In this document: in pieces, positions 50,178-60,271 of the stretch
How the letters are laid out: each line of letters opens with the position of its first letter
Position numbering within the stretch: position 1 is the stretch's first letter
Assembly (NCBI GenBank): GCA_965243135.1
Contig: OZ251539.1
Location: forward strand, 4,096,001 to 4,160,000
Origin: Alphaproteobacteria bacterium
GTDB lineage: Bacteria > Pseudomonadota > Alphaproteobacteria > MPNO01 > UBA830
Direction: 5' to 3'
DNA length: 64,000 bases
Notes under the pieces: generated by a model
Databases searched by the model: none
The model's input: only the letters and a program-made list of their open reading frames with translations
What the model was told of the DNA's origin: nothing
Position numbers and translations under genes: made by a program

Positions 50178-50875
50178 GGGGCGAGCGCCTCCGCGATCTC
50201 GCTCGCGATGCGGCGCGCGGCGCCCGCGGGATCGTCGGATCTCGTTATCGGCCTGCCAACGACCAGCCGGTCGGCGCCCGCGGCGACGGCTTCTCCCGGC
50301 GTCGCCGCGCGCTTCTGGTCGTCCGCGTCCGCCCGGAGGGGCCGAACGCCGGGCACGACGAGTTCGAATTCCGCGGGCAGCGCGGACCGGAGCATGGCCG
50401 CTTCGCGCGGCGAACAAACCACGCCGTCGAGACCGGCCGACTCCGCGAGCCGCGCCAGGCGCATCACCTGATCGGCCGCGGGCGCGCTCTGCCCGACCGC
50501 CGCGAGGTCCCGATCATCGAGGCTCGTCAGCACCGTGACGGCGAAGATCCTGGGTGCGCCGGCGGCCGCGTCGACCGCGGCCTTCAGCATCTCGCTGCCG
50601 CCCGACGCATGGACGGTGAGCATCCAGCATCCGAGAGCGGCGGCCGACCGCACGGCTCCGGCCACCGTGTTCGGAATGTCGTGGAACTTGAGATCGAGAA
50701 AGATCCGGTGACTCCGTTCGGCGACGCGGCCGAGACCGGCCGGACCGTGAGCCGTGAAGAATTCCTTGCCGAGCTTAAGCGCTCCGACCTCGCCGGAAAG
50801 GAGCTCGGCCAACAGCAGCGCTTCCTCCAGATCCGAAGTGTCGATCGCGCAGATGATGCGGTCGCTGGCGTTCAT
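50174..50875 (-). CDS. pyrF: Orotidine-5'-phosphate decarboxylase
   Basis: FLDLKFHDIPNTV, VTVLTS, PGVRP and VVGRPI. Confidence 0.97.
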   Translation of the reverse strand: MNASDRIICAIDTSDLEEALLLAELLSGEVGALKLGKEFFTAHGPAGLGRVAERSHRIFLDLKFHDIPNTVAGAVRSAAALGCWMLTVHASGGSEMLKAAVDAAAGAPRIFAVTVLTSLDDRDLAAVGQSAPAADQVMRLARLAESAGLDGVVCSPREAAMLRSALPAEFELVVPGVRPLRADADDQKRAATPGEAVAAGADRLVVGRPITRSDDPAGAARRIASEIAEALAP

Positions 50876-51253
50876 CCTTCCGTTCCTCCGCGCGGGGATG
50901 CTTTCCGCGCGTTCGGGAGCGCCCGTCGAAACCCCCGCCGCGCCGCCGCCCGCGAAAGAAAGCCGTCGGGCCGGGCGCCCGCGGACGCTTTCCGGCCGTT
51001 CGTCCGGATCGGGCCAAGCCGGGCGGCGCCTTCCGGTCTTCTCTCCGTCCCGAAGCCGCGACCGCCGCGCGAACCGTCGGCCCGCGCCGGAGTCGACCGG
51101 GGGAGGCCGTCCGAACGGCGGCGCGCGTTCATGCGCGGCCGCGGCGAGACCGAATCCGCCGGCTCGCGGAAAAGCCGGGACCGTTCGCGCCAAGAAAACC
51201 CGGGAAAAGGAAGGGCCGGAGGCCGCGGCGGTTCGGACATGAGCTGTCGGCCG

Positions 51254-52171
51254 TCAACAGCGGGACCAGACCAGTTCGGCCGCGGCGAGATCCTCGAGCG
51301 CCATGCCGACGGATTTGAACAGAGTCCTCGCCTCCGACCAGCCGGAACATTCTCCCCGGCACAGTTCCGCGAGGTCGCCGACGATGTCCTCTTCCGAAAT
51401 CACGCCGGCTTCGATGGGACGGATCAGATCTCCGGCTTCGGCAAGCGCGCCCTCTCGGCTGTCCACGAACAGCCGGCAGGCCGACGCCGCCTCGTCGTCG
51501 GCCTCGCGCATGTCGGGCCGGTAGCCGCCGACGAGGTCGAGATGGGCGCCCGGCCCGAGCCACGCGCCCCGCACCAGCGGGCTCGCGGCGAGAGTCGCGC
51601 AGGAAACGACGTCCGCCCTGCCGACGGCTTCCTCCAGATCGCCGGCCGCCGACGCGGCCATTCCTTCCGCCGCGAGCGTCTCGGCGACCGCCGCCGCCTT
51701 GGCGGGGTTTCGCCCCCAGATCAGCGTTTCGGAAATCGGCCGAACGGCCGCGTGGGCCCGCGCGAGTTCCGGCGCGAGCTGCCCGGTGCCGACCACCAGG
51801 TGCGCGGAGGCTTCCGCGCGGGCCAGATGGCGAGCCGCGAGGGCCGACGCCGCCGCGGTTCGGCGATTGGTCAGCGCCTGTCCGTCGATCGCGGCGAGAG
51901 GCGCGCCCGTCGCGCCGTCGAACAGAAGAACGCTCGCCTGGACCGCGGGAATTCCCGCCGCCGCGTTGCCCGGAAAGACGTTCGCGACCTTGACGACGAC
52001 CGGGCCGTTCCTGCGCCATGCCGGCTTGATCAGCATCAAGCCTGCCGGGCCGATCTCGTGGCGATGGCGGAGCGGCGCTTCGCAGCCTTCGCGAAACGCG
52101 TCCTGGAGCCGGTCGATCAGAGAAGGATAATCGAGCAACGCCTTCACCTGTCCGGCGTCGACGACGCGCAT
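51254..52171 (-). CDS. Ornithine cyclodeaminase/mu-crystallin family protein
   Basis: LTNRRTAAAS, GTGQLA, ADVVSCAT and FKSVGMALEDL. Confidence 0.9.
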   Translation of the reverse strand: MRVVDAGQVKALLDYPSLIDRLQDAFREGCEAPLRHRHEIGPAGLMLIKPAWRRNGPVVVKVANVFPGNAAAGIPAVQASVLLFDGATGAPLAAIDGQALTNRRTAAASALAARHLARAEASAHLVVGTGQLAPELARAHAAVRPISETLIWGRNPAKAAAVAETLAAEGMAASAAGDLEEAVGRADVVSCATLAASPLVRGAWLGPGAHLDLVGGYRPDMREADDEAASACRLFVDSREGALAEAGDLIRPIEAGVISEEDIVGDLAELCRGECSGWSEARTLFKSVGMALEDLAAAELVWSRC

Positions 52172-52452
52172 CAGTCCGCGGGGCCGGGCAATGCCGTCGG
52201 GGAGGCGCGCTTTCGCCCCTCCGGCGCCGCGAGCCGGCGGCCGGCCCGCCAGCGCCCGGACGTCCATCCGATCGCCATGCCGGCCAGCAATCCGGCGGCC
52301 GCCGATCCGAGCAACCAGATGGCGGCCGGCATTTCGAAAGAGCCGGGCAACGGCCAGAGCGTCAGCGCGACCGGCGCGCTGTTCTCGAAGGCGAATACGC
52401 CGACGAGGAGCGCGAGCAGGACGAACAGCGCGATTCCCGCGAGCCGCTTCAC
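52171..52452 (-). CDS. lapA: LapA-domain membrane protein
   Basis: Two TM segments with FAFEN...V.L.LWP; canonical position after ihfB. Confidence 0.7.
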   Translation of the reverse strand: MKRLAGIALFVLLALLVGVFAFENSAPVALTLWPLPGSFEMPAAIWLLGSAAAGLLAGMAIGWTSGRWRAGRRLAAPEGRKRASPTALPGPAD

Positions 52453-52479
52453 GAGCCGGCCGGCTTCCTGCGCGCCGCC

Positions 52480-52761
52480 CTACCTGCGGTTCAGGCGGTC
52501 GCGCATGTCCTTGCCGGCCTTGAAGAAGGGCACGCGTTTCTCCTCGACGTCGACGGCTTCGCCGGTTCGCGGGTTGCGGCCGACACGCGCGCCTCTCGTC
52601 TTGACGGAAAAAGCCCCGAACCCCCGCAATTCGACCCGACCGCCGCGCTCGAGCGTCGAGGTGATCTCGCCTAGGACCGCGGCGACGATCCGCTCGACGT
52701 CGCGCTGGAAGAGATGCGGATTTTTTTCCGTGAGCCGCAGAACGAGTTCGGACTTGGTCAT
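52480..52761 (-). CDS. ihfB: Integration host factor beta subunit
   Basis: [16 protein letters not shown] and GRNPRTG. Confidence 0.97.
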   Translation of the reverse strand: MTKSELVLRLTEKNPHLFQRDVERIVAAVLGEITSTLERGGRVELRGFGAFSVKTRGARVGRNPRTGEAVDVEEKRVPFFKAGKDMRDRLNRR

Positions 52762-52826
52762 GCCCCGTGTCTCCCTGCACCGCCGCGCAAGCCGGCGGGT
52801 TTCCTCCCGGACGCGAAGCCCGGAGG

Positions 52827-53714
52827 TCAGCGCAATTCAGGATGCCAGACGGATACCAACCCGTCAAGCGTAAGCCTCTCAGAAAACACCGTTTTTCTCG
52901 CCAATCCGACGACGCTGTCGAAAAGGTCGTCCATGTCGCGCCGCGGCCCGACGCGACGCACCGGCAGATCCTCGGGGATCCGGCCTTCCAGCCACGCGAG
53001 CGCCGCCTTCTGGCCGCCGATCTCGTCGACGAGCCCGGCCTCGACGGCGCGGCGTCCGGTGAAGACCCGTCCGTCCGCGAACTTTTCGGCGGAAGCCAGG
53101 CCGCGCCGTTCGAGAACCATGTCGCGGAACATCGCGTAGATTTCGTCGATCAGGCCCTGGGCGGCGGCGGCGGCCCGCGGAGACACCGGCTCCAGCGGAT
53201 CGGGCACGGACTTCAGGTCGCCGCTCCGGAACGTTCGCGTCCTGACGCCGATCGTTTCGAGCAGGCGCGAGATTTCCGCCGTCTGGAGAACGACGCCGAC
53301 GGAGCCAGTGAGGGTGCTTTCGCGGGCGTAAATCCGGTCGGCCGCGATCGCGACCATGTAGGCCGCCGACGTCGCGAGGCCGTCCAGAACCGCGACGACC
53401 GGCTTCCTTTCCGAGACCGACCGAAGGGCGCGATGCAGCGATTCGCCGCCGGCCACGGTGCCGCCCGGACTGTCGATATGAACGACGACGGCGCGCGCGT
53501 CGTCGTTTTCCGCGAGCGCCTCGACCGCCGCGAGCCGTTCCCCGTCCCGAACGATGACGCCCTCGACGTCGATGCGGGCGATGAAGTCGCCCCCGCCGCC
53601 CAGACGGCCCGCGACGACGGCGACCGCGAAAAAGGCGGCGAGAATCGCCAGAGCCCGCCAGAAGGACAGACGCCGCTTCAGGCGTTGCCGGTCGACGAGA
53701 TAGTCCGAATGCAC
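52827..53714 (-). CDS. sppA: Signal peptide peptidase SppA (S49)
   Basis: IDSPGG, ATSAAY, TGSVGV and DGRVFTG. Confidence 0.92.
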   Translation of the reverse strand: MHSDYLVDRQRLKRRLSFWRALAILAAFFAVAVVAGRLGGGGDFIARIDVEGVIVRDGERLAAVEALAENDDARAVVVHIDSPGGTVAGGESLHRALRSVSERKPVVAVLDGLATSAAYMVAIAADRIYARESTLTGSVGVVLQTAEISRLLETIGVRTRTFRSGDLKSVPDPLEPVSPRAAAAAQGLIDEIYAMFRDMVLERRGLASAEKFADGRVFTGRRAVEAGLVDEIGGQKAALAWLEGRIPEDLPVRRVGPRRDMDDLFDSVVGLARKTVFSERLTLDGLVSVWHPELR

Positions 53715-53736
53715 GGCCGAGGCAACCGCGGACGGG

Positions 53737-55482
53737 TCACTCCTTCCCGGGATCTTCCGCCGCCGCCTCCTCCGTTTCCCCGGTGCCGCGCTTGCGGTCG
53801 AGGGCGGCTCCCAAAATGTCGCCGAGGCTGGCGCCGGAATCGGACGATCCGTAATTCTCCATCGCCTGCTTTTCTTCGGTCATTTCGTACGCCTTGACCG
53901 ACAGGGTGAGCTTTCGCTCCTTGCGATCGACGTTCGAGACCTGGGCGTCGACCCGGTCGCCGACCGCGAACCGGTCGGACCTCTGCTCGCCGCGGTCGCG
54001 CGAAAGATCGGATCGCCGGATGAAACCGGGAACGACGCCCGCCACGGTGACCTCCAGCCCGCCGTCGACAACGGCGGAGACGGTGCACGTGACCGCGTCG
54101 CCCTTCTTCAGCCCCTTCAAGGCCGCCGCGACCGGATCGTCCGACAGCTGCTTGATCCCGAGGCCGATCCGCTCTTTCGCCACGTCGATATCGATCACGG
54201 AGACGCCGACGACGTCGCCCTTCCGGTAGGAGCCGACCGCTTCGCTTCCGTCTTGCTCCCACGACAGGTCGGAAAGGTGCACCATGCCGTCGATTTCGCC
54301 CGGCAGGCCGACGAACAGGCCGAATTCCGTAATATTCCGGACCTCGCCCTCGAGTTCGGATCCAACGGGATAGTCGCGGGCGAACGCCTCCCACGGGTTC
54401 TCGTGGCATTGCTTGAGACCGAGGCTTATGCGCCGCTTCTGGGCGTCGACCTCCAGCACCATGACCTCGACTTCCTGGCTGGTCGACACGATCTTGCCGG
54501 GATGCACGTTCTTCTTGGTCCAGCTCATCTCGGAGACGTGGACGAGCCCTTCGACGCCCGGCTCGAGTTCGACGAAGGCGCCGTAATCCGTGATGTTGCT
54601 GACCCTGCCCGTGAATCTGGCGTCCACGGGGTATTTGAGGACGGCCCCGTCCCAGGGGTCGGCGTCGAGTTGCTTCATGCCGAGCGAGATGCGCTGGGTT
54701 TCGGGATTGTAGCGTATGACCTGGACCCTCACGTTCTGGCCCACCGACAACGCCTCGCCGGGGTGCGCGATGCGCCGCCACGCGATGTCGGTCACGTGCA
54801 GCAGTCCGTCGACGCCGCCAAGGTCCACGAAGGCGCCGTAGTCGGTGATGTTCTTGACCATTCCGTCGAGCACCTGGCCTTCCTTGAGGCTGGCCAGGAG
54901 TTCGGAGCGCTGCTCGGCGCGGGACTCTTCGAGAACCGCGCGCCGGGACACGACGATGTTGCCGCGCCGCCGGTCCATCTTGAGAATCTGGAAAGGCTGG
55001 GGAGTGCCCATGAGAGGGCCCACGTCCCGGATCGGGCGCACGTCGACCTGGCTCCCCGGCAGGAACGCGACCGCGCCGGACAGGTCGACGGTGAAGCCGC
55101 CCTTCACCCGGCCGAAAATGGTTCCGGTGACGCGCTCGGTGTTCGCGAACGCGGCTTCGAGCTGGGTCCAGGCTTCCTCGCGCCGGGCGCGGTCGCGGCT
55201 CAGAACGGCTTCTCCGTTGCGGTCCTCCATGCGCTCCAGATAAACGTCGACGACGTCGCCTTTCTCGATTTCCGGCGGTCGTCCGTGCGTTCCGAATTCC
55301 TTCAGCGGCACGCGGCCTTCGGACTTCAATCCGACGTCTATCAGCACGTCGTCGCCGTCGACCGACAGCACGGTTCCCTTGATGACCGTTCCTTCGGCCA
55401 GCTTGCCGTCGCCGAAGCTCAGGTCGAGAAGCGCGGCGAAGTCTTCCGCTGCGTTGGCAGCGATCTCGGTTTCGACTGTCAT
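53737..55482 (-). CDS. rpsA: 30S ribosomal protein S1
   Basis: Six S1 repeats; DVGLKSEG and YGAFVDLGG. Confidence 0.98.
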   Translation of the reverse strand: MTVETEIAANAAEDFAALLDLSFGDGKLAEGTVIKGTVLSVDGDDVLIDVGLKSEGRVPLKEFGTHGRPPEIEKGDVVDVYLERMEDRNGEAVLSRDRARREEAWTQLEAAFANTERVTGTIFGRVKGGFTVDLSGAVAFLPGSQVDVRPIRDVGPLMGTPQPFQILKMDRRRGNIVVSRRAVLEESRAEQRSELLASLKEGQVLDGMVKNITDYGAFVDLGGVDGLLHVTDIAWRRIAHPGEALSVGQNVRVQVIRYNPETQRISLGMKQLDADPWDGAVLKYPVDARFTGRVSNITDYGAFVELEPGVEGLVHVSEMSWTKKNVHPGKIVSTSQEVEVMVLEVDAQKRRISLGLKQCHENPWEAFARDYPVGSELEGEVRNITEFGLFVGLPGEIDGMVHLSDLSWEQDGSEAVGSYRKGDVVGVSVIDIDVAKERIGLGIKQLSDDPVAAALKGLKKGDAVTCTVSAVVDGGLEVTVAGVVPGFIRRSDLSRDRGEQRSDRFAVGDRVDAQVSNVDRKERKLTLSVKAYEMTEEKQAMENYGSSDSGASLGDILGAALDRKRGTGETEEAAAEDPGKE

Positions 55483-55504
55483 GTTCGCTATCGGTAACTC
55501 CCGT

Positions 55505-56191
55505 TCAGGACCGACCGCCGGAGAGCGGCGGTTTCGGTTCCACCCTGCCCTGCGGCCGGATCAGAGACATCGCCTTGGCGAAGACGGCGTCGGCGCTCAG
55601 TTCCGTCGTATCGATGACGAACGCGTCCGCCGCAGGCGCCAACGGCGCAACCGAACGGGTGCGATCCCGCTCGTCGCGAGCCTCCATGTCCTGCAGGACT
55701 TGCGCGGTTATACTCTCAATCCCCCTGTCCCGCAACTCCCGGACTCTCCGCCGGACGCGCTCGTCCAGAGCGGCGTGCACGAACAGCTTGACGCCCGCGC
55801 CGGGGCAGATCACGGTGCCGATGTCCCGGCCGTCGAGAACCGCTCCGGGAGCTCCGCCCGGCGGCGAAGCGGCGAAGCGGCGCTGAAACCGCAACAGGGC
55901 CTTGCGGACGCCGGGATCGGCGGCGACGATTCCGGCGGCGTTTCCCGTTTCCTCGTCGCGCAACGCGGGGTTCGCCATGTCCGCGGCGACGAGCGCTTCC
56001 GCCGCCGCGACGGCCGCGCGCGGATCGCCCGGATCGCCGCCCGCCTGCAGAACCGCATGACCGACGGCGCGATAGAGCATGCCGGTATCGAGATGCGCGT
56101 AGCCGAGGGCGGCGGCGACGCGGCGGGCCAGCGTTCCCTTGCCGCTCGCGGCGGGTCCGTCGATCGCGACGACCGGCGGCGCCTCAGTCAT
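55505..56191 (-). CDS. cmk: Cytidylate kinase
   Basis: IDGPAASGKGT, LDTGMLYR and DGRDIGT. Confidence 0.97.
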   Translation of the reverse strand: MTEAPPVVAIDGPAASGKGTLARRVAAALGYAHLDTGMLYRAVGHAVLQAGGDPGDPRAAVAAAEALVAADMANPALRDEETGNAAGIVAADPGVRKALLRFQRRFAASPPGGAPGAVLDGRDIGTVICPGAGVKLFVHAALDERVRRRVRELRDRGIESITAQVLQDMEARDERDRTRSVAPLAPAADAFVIDTTELSADAVFAKAMSLIRPQGRVEPKPPLSGGRS

Positions 56192-57506
56192 CGCGCAGCC
56201 GCGCGCCGATGCCTGCCATGAGGGCCGCGAAACCGGGGAAGCTCGTGTCGATGGCCGACCCGTCGTCGATGCGGACAGGCGCCGCCGCGGCGGTTCCCAT
56301 GACCAGGAACGACATCGCGATCCGGTGGTCCAGATTGACCGCGATCCGCCCGCCGCCCGGAGGCGGGCCGCCGCAGCCGTCGATCACGATGTCGTCGCCT
56401 TCCGCCCGCGCCGCGACGCCGCAGGCCGTCAGGCCGTCGACGATCGCGCCGAAACGATCGCTTTCCTTGACGCGGAGTTCGGCCAGTCCGCGCAGGCGCG
56501 TGCGCCCCTGCGCGAAGGCCGCCGCGACGGCCACGATCGGGTATTCGTCGATCATGGACGGCGCCCTTTCCGCGGGAACGTCGACCCCGCGCAGGGGGCC
56601 GTGGCGGAAAACCGCATCCGCCACCGGCTCGCCGCCCGCCTCGCGGCGCCCGGAAAGCTCGAAATCGGCGCCCATTTCGCGCAGCGTCTCGAGGAAGCCG
56701 ATTCTGGACGGATTCACGCCGACGTTGTCGACGGCGAGTTCCGAACCCGGCGCGAGCAGCGCCGCGACGCCGGGGAACGCCGCCGACGACGGATCGCCGG
56801 GAACGTCGACCTCGATCGCGGTCAGCTCCGCGTATCCTTCGACGGAGATTTCGCTCCCGCCGCCGACGGCGGGAGCGGCGCGGACCGCGGCTCCGAACGC
56901 GCGCAGCATGTTTTCGGTGTGGTCGCGGGTCGCCCGGCGCTCGACGACGGTGGTGCGCCCCGGAGCGTTGAGCGCGGCGAGCAGGATCGACGACTTGACC
57001 TGCGCGGAGGCCACCGGCAGCTCGTATTCGATCGGCAGGGGATTCGCCGCGCCGCGCAGGCGCAGGGGCATGCGCCCGCCGTCGCGGGCCTCGAACGCGG
57101 CGCCCATCCGGGACAGCGGGACGATGACGCGGTCCATCGGCCGGCGGCGGAGCGACGCGTCTCCGGTCAGGTGCGCGTCGATCGCCTGCGTCGCCAGCAG
57201 CCCCGCCAAGAGCCTCGCCGAGGTGCCCGAATTGCCGAAATCGATCACGTCGTCCGGCGCGGCGAGGCCGCCGACCCCCGCGCCGTTGACGAACCAGGCG
57301 TCCCCTTCCTTGCGGACTCCGGCGCCGAGCGCACGCAGCGCCTCCGCGGTCCGGAGGACGTCGTCGGATTCGAGCAGGCCGCTGACGCGCGTTTCGCCGA
57401 CGGCGACGGCGCCGATCATGAGCGCCCTGTGCGAAATGGATTTATCGCCGGGCACGGATACCCGGCCCCTCAAGGGGCCGGCGGGTTCGGATCGCAGCGC
57501 CGTCAC
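56184..57506 (-). CDS. aroA: EPSP synthase (class II)
   Basis: PGDKSISHR, GNSGT, SAQVKS, ELRVKESDR and DHRIAM. Confidence 0.97.
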   Translation of the reverse strand: MTALRSEPAGPLRGRVSVPGDKSISHRALMIGAVAVGETRVSGLLESDDVLRTAEALRALGAGVRKEGDAWFVNGAGVGGLAAPDDVIDFGNSGTSARLLAGLLATQAIDAHLTGDASLRRRPMDRVIVPLSRMGAAFEARDGGRMPLRLRGAANPLPIEYELPVASAQVKSSILLAALNAPGRTTVVERRATRDHTENMLRAFGAAVRAAPAVGGGSEISVEGYAELTAIEVDVPGDPSSAAFPGVAALLAPGSELAVDNVGVNPSRIGFLETLREMGADFELSGRREAGGEPVADAVFRHGPLRGVDVPAERAPSMIDEYPIVAVAAAFAQGRTRLRGLAELRVKESDRFGAIVDGLTACGVAARAEGDDIVIDGCGGPPPGGGRIAVNLDHRIAMSFLVMGTAAAAPVRIDDGSAIDTSFPGFAALMAGIGARLRDD

Positions 57507-57648
57507 GCGGTTCTCCGCAGTTGCCGCCCAAGTTGCGGAATCTCCTACCACAAAAGGTTCCGCCTGCCATCGCGCGAGGTTTTTTGCCTTTGACAGGCAA
57601 GATCGAACATGGCAAAGGCTGCCCCCGGTCAATCGAGGGAGGAGGGCG

Positions 57649-57948
57649 TTGGCGAAGCCGGAATGGGGATCGAAGCGGGTATGCCAGAGTTGCGGCGGCC
57701 GCTTTTACGACTTGTTGCGCGATCCGATCGTATGCCCGCATTGCGGGGCCGAACTCCAAGGGACGGCGCATCAGCGGTCGCGGCGCAACCGGCCGGCGGC
57801 CGGCGGGGCGCAACCGGCGACGGCCGCGGCCGCCAGCGGCGAGAGCATCGAAAACGGAGATCCCCTTGCCGAGGTCATCGACGACGAGGCGGATCTGGAG
57901 GACGAATCCGACGATAGCGGCGGCAACGACGTGTCGGGCGTGATCTGA
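57649..57948 (+). CDS. TIGR02300/FYDLN acid-domain protein
   Basis: TTG start after GGAGG; AKPEWGSKRVCQSCGGRFYDL...CPHCG with an acidic tail. Confidence 0.88.
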   Translation: MAKPEWGSKRVCQSCGGRFYDLLRDPIVCPHCGAELQGTAHQRSRRNRPAAGGAQPATAAAASGESIENGDPLAEVIDDEADLEDESDDSGGNDVSGVI

Positions 57949-58244
57949 GGCGGCCCGCCGTTTCCGAAAACCCCGCCGGCTGCGGACGGAAAGCTCCCGC
58001 GACCCCGAACGTTCGCGCGCGGTTCGTGCGCCGAAGCGCCGCCCGTTTCTCCTGCGCCGCCGAAAACACGGGCCGGCGCGGCCGCGGCGACGCCCGGTGG
58101 ATCGAAGCCCACGGATCCGGTAGGCTCCGCGGGCGGGCTGCCCATCGCGGCGATCGTCAGGTCTTTCTCCGAAAGCTGTCTTGTGGGCGCATCATCCGAG
58201 CAAGCGAAAACGTCCGGGCGGCGCGCTCCTGTCGGCGGCGGCAT

Positions 58245-58425
58245 AGGCCTCGATTGTCGGGCGGCTGTCCGCGGAGGAGCGCACTCCGCCGCTGACCTCC
58301 CGGCGACGGGTCTGCGCCCCGCTCTTCTTCGGACGCGAGATCTGGCGACAGCGCAGCGCGATCGCCGCGACTTCCGGCTTCTGAACCTGCTCGCGCCGTT
58401 GTCGATGAGCTCGTTCAGCGCGACC
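58245..58425 (+). pseudogene. Fragment of a decayed EamA/DMT paralogue
   Basis: 58363-58422 matches 58674-58733 at 58/60 nt; the upstream part is a diverged, frameshifted EamA N-terminus. Confidence 0.7.
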
Positions 58426-58466
58426 GGCATACGGCTCGAGCGCCAGCCGACGGGCGACGCCTGCGC

Positions 58467-59369
58467 ATGAAGGACGCCGGCGACGCCTCCCGGACCGCGG
58501 CTTTCGTTCTGCTGGCGCTGGTCGCCATGTTCTGGGCGGCGAACACCATCGTCGCGCGCGCGACGGCCGACGAGGTGCCGCCGTTCGCCCTGACGTTCTG
58601 GCGCCTGTTCCTGTCGGCGCTCGCTTTCGCTCCCTTCGCGCTTCGCAACGTCTGGCGGCAGCGCCTCGTCCTGCGCCGCGACTTCCGGCTTCTGAACCTG
58701 CTCGCGCTGCTGTCGATGAGCTCGTTCAGCGCGCTGGTCTACAGCGGCCTTCAGTTCACCGAAGCGATCAACGGAAACCTGCTGCAGGGAGCGCTGCCCC
58801 TCTGCATCCTGTTGTCGGGCGCGCTCTTCGTCGGCCGCGCGGTGACGGCCCGCCAGGCCGTCGGCATGCTGCTCGGACTCGCCGGGCTGGTCGTCATCGT
58901 CGTGCGCGGCGATTTGCAAATCCTGCTCGGGTTGCGGATCAACGTCGGCGATCCGCTGGTTTTTCTGGGCGTCTTCGCGTCGGCCACCTACGCCGTCCTG
59001 CTGTTCAAGCGGCCGGAAGAACTGGACATGCCCGCCTTCCTGTTTCTGATGATGGCGCTCGGCAGCGTTCAGATCGCGCCGTTCTACGTCGCGGAGCATT
59101 TCTGGATCCGTCCCCTGCCGCCGACGGAAACGGCGCTATTCGCCGTCGGCTTCGTCGCGCTGTTTCCGTCGGTGCTGGCGCAATGGTTTTTCGCCGAGGG
59201 CGTGCGCCGCGTCGGCGCGGCGATGGCGGGATACATGATCTATCTTACGCCGGTATTCGGCGTCTTCATGGCCGTCGGCGCGCTCGGCGAGGCGTTCCGG
59301 GCGTTCCACGCTGCGGGCATCGCGGCGATCGCGGCGGGCATATGGCTGGCGACGGTTCGCCGCGGATGA
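58467..59369 (+). CDS. EamA/DMT-family transporter
   Basis: About 10 TM helices; FWAAN, PPFALTFWR and YLTPVFG. Confidence 0.9.
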   Translation: MKDAGDASRTAAFVLLALVAMFWAANTIVARATADEVPPFALTFWRLFLSALAFAPFALRNVWRQRLVLRRDFRLLNLLALLSMSSFSALVYSGLQFTEAINGNLLQGALPLCILLSGALFVGRAVTARQAVGMLLGLAGLVVIVVRGDLQILLGLRINVGDPLVFLGVFASATYAVLLFKRPEELDMPAFLFLMMALGSVQIAPFYVAEHFWIRPLPPTETALFAVGFVALFPSVLAQWFFAEGVRRVGAAMAGYMIYLTPVFGVFMAVGALGEAFRAFHAAGIAAIAAGIWLATVRRG

Positions 59370-60271
59370 TCCATCCCTACGCCATGTTGACTCTCGCCGC
59401 GCTGTTCTGGGCGGGTTCGGCGGTCACGGCGCGCGCCGTCGCCGACGAGGTGCCGCCGATGGCGCTGAACTTCTGGCGCTGGGCGTTCGCGTTTCTCGCC
59501 GCGCTGATCTGGACCTGGCCGGAGCTTCTGCGGCATCGCAGGCTGATCGCGGCGCGGTGGAAATACCTCGCCTTTCTCGCCCTGAGCTCCGCCGTCGGCT
59601 TCGGCGCCCTGCACATCGTGGCCATGCATTACACCACGGCGATCAACGGCTCCCTCTTCCAGGGCTTGATGTCGATATTCATCCTGATCGCCGCATGGAT
59701 CGTTCTGGGCGACCGCATCGGTCCGGCGGAAGGCGTCGCCGTCGCGCTGGGGTTCGCCGGCCTCGCGGCGATCGTCACGCGCGGCGACGCCGGGGTCCTG
59801 CTCGGGCTCCGGTTCAATCCGGGAGACATCCTCCTGCTCGTCGCGACGGCCTCCTATTCGATCTACGCGGTCTACCTGCGAAGAGCGCCGCCCGAGCTGA
59901 GCTCCAGCGGGCTCATGACCCTGATGTTCTTCTTCGCCTGCCTGTGGATGCTGCCGCTCTGGCTGATCGAAGTCTACGCTTTCGACCGTCCCCTGCCGCT
60001 CGGCTTCGACTCGGCCTGGTCCATCGCCTACATGAGTCTCTGTCCGTCCCTGCTGGCGCAGATTTTCTGGGCCGCCTCGGTGGCGAAGGTGGGGCCGGGA
60101 CGCGCCGGATACTTCGTGTACCTCTCGCCGGTGTTCGGCGTGGCGTTGTCGATGGCGCTCCTCGGAGAGGCTTTCCGTTGGTACCACGCCGCCGGAATCG
60201 CGCTCATCTTCGCGGCGATCTGGCTCGCGACGCGGAAGCCGCCGCGCGCCGCCCGCCCGGGGGATCGCTAA
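59366..60271 (+). CDS. EamA/DMT-family transporter
   Basis: FWAGS, PPMALNFWR and YLSPVFG; ATGA overlap. Confidence 0.9.
   Translation: MIHPYAMLTLAALFWAGSAVTARAVADEVPPMALNFWRWAFAFLAALIWTWPELLRHRRLIAARWKYLAFLALSSAVGFGALHIVAMHYTTAINGSLFQGLMSIFILIAAWIVLGDRIGPAEGVAVALGFAGLAAIVTRGDAGVLLGLRFNPGDILLLVATASYSIYAVYLRRAPPELSSSGLMTLMFFFACLWMLPLWLIEVYAFDRPLPLGFDSAWSIAYMSLCPSLLAQIFWAASVAKVGPGRAGYFVYLSPVFGVALSMALLGEAFRWYHAAGIALIFAAIWLATRKPPRAARPGDR

Noticed and set aside
57949-58240. tRNA-Ala expected after TIGR02300
   Set aside because: No cloverleaf or T-loop GTTCGA-type signature visible.
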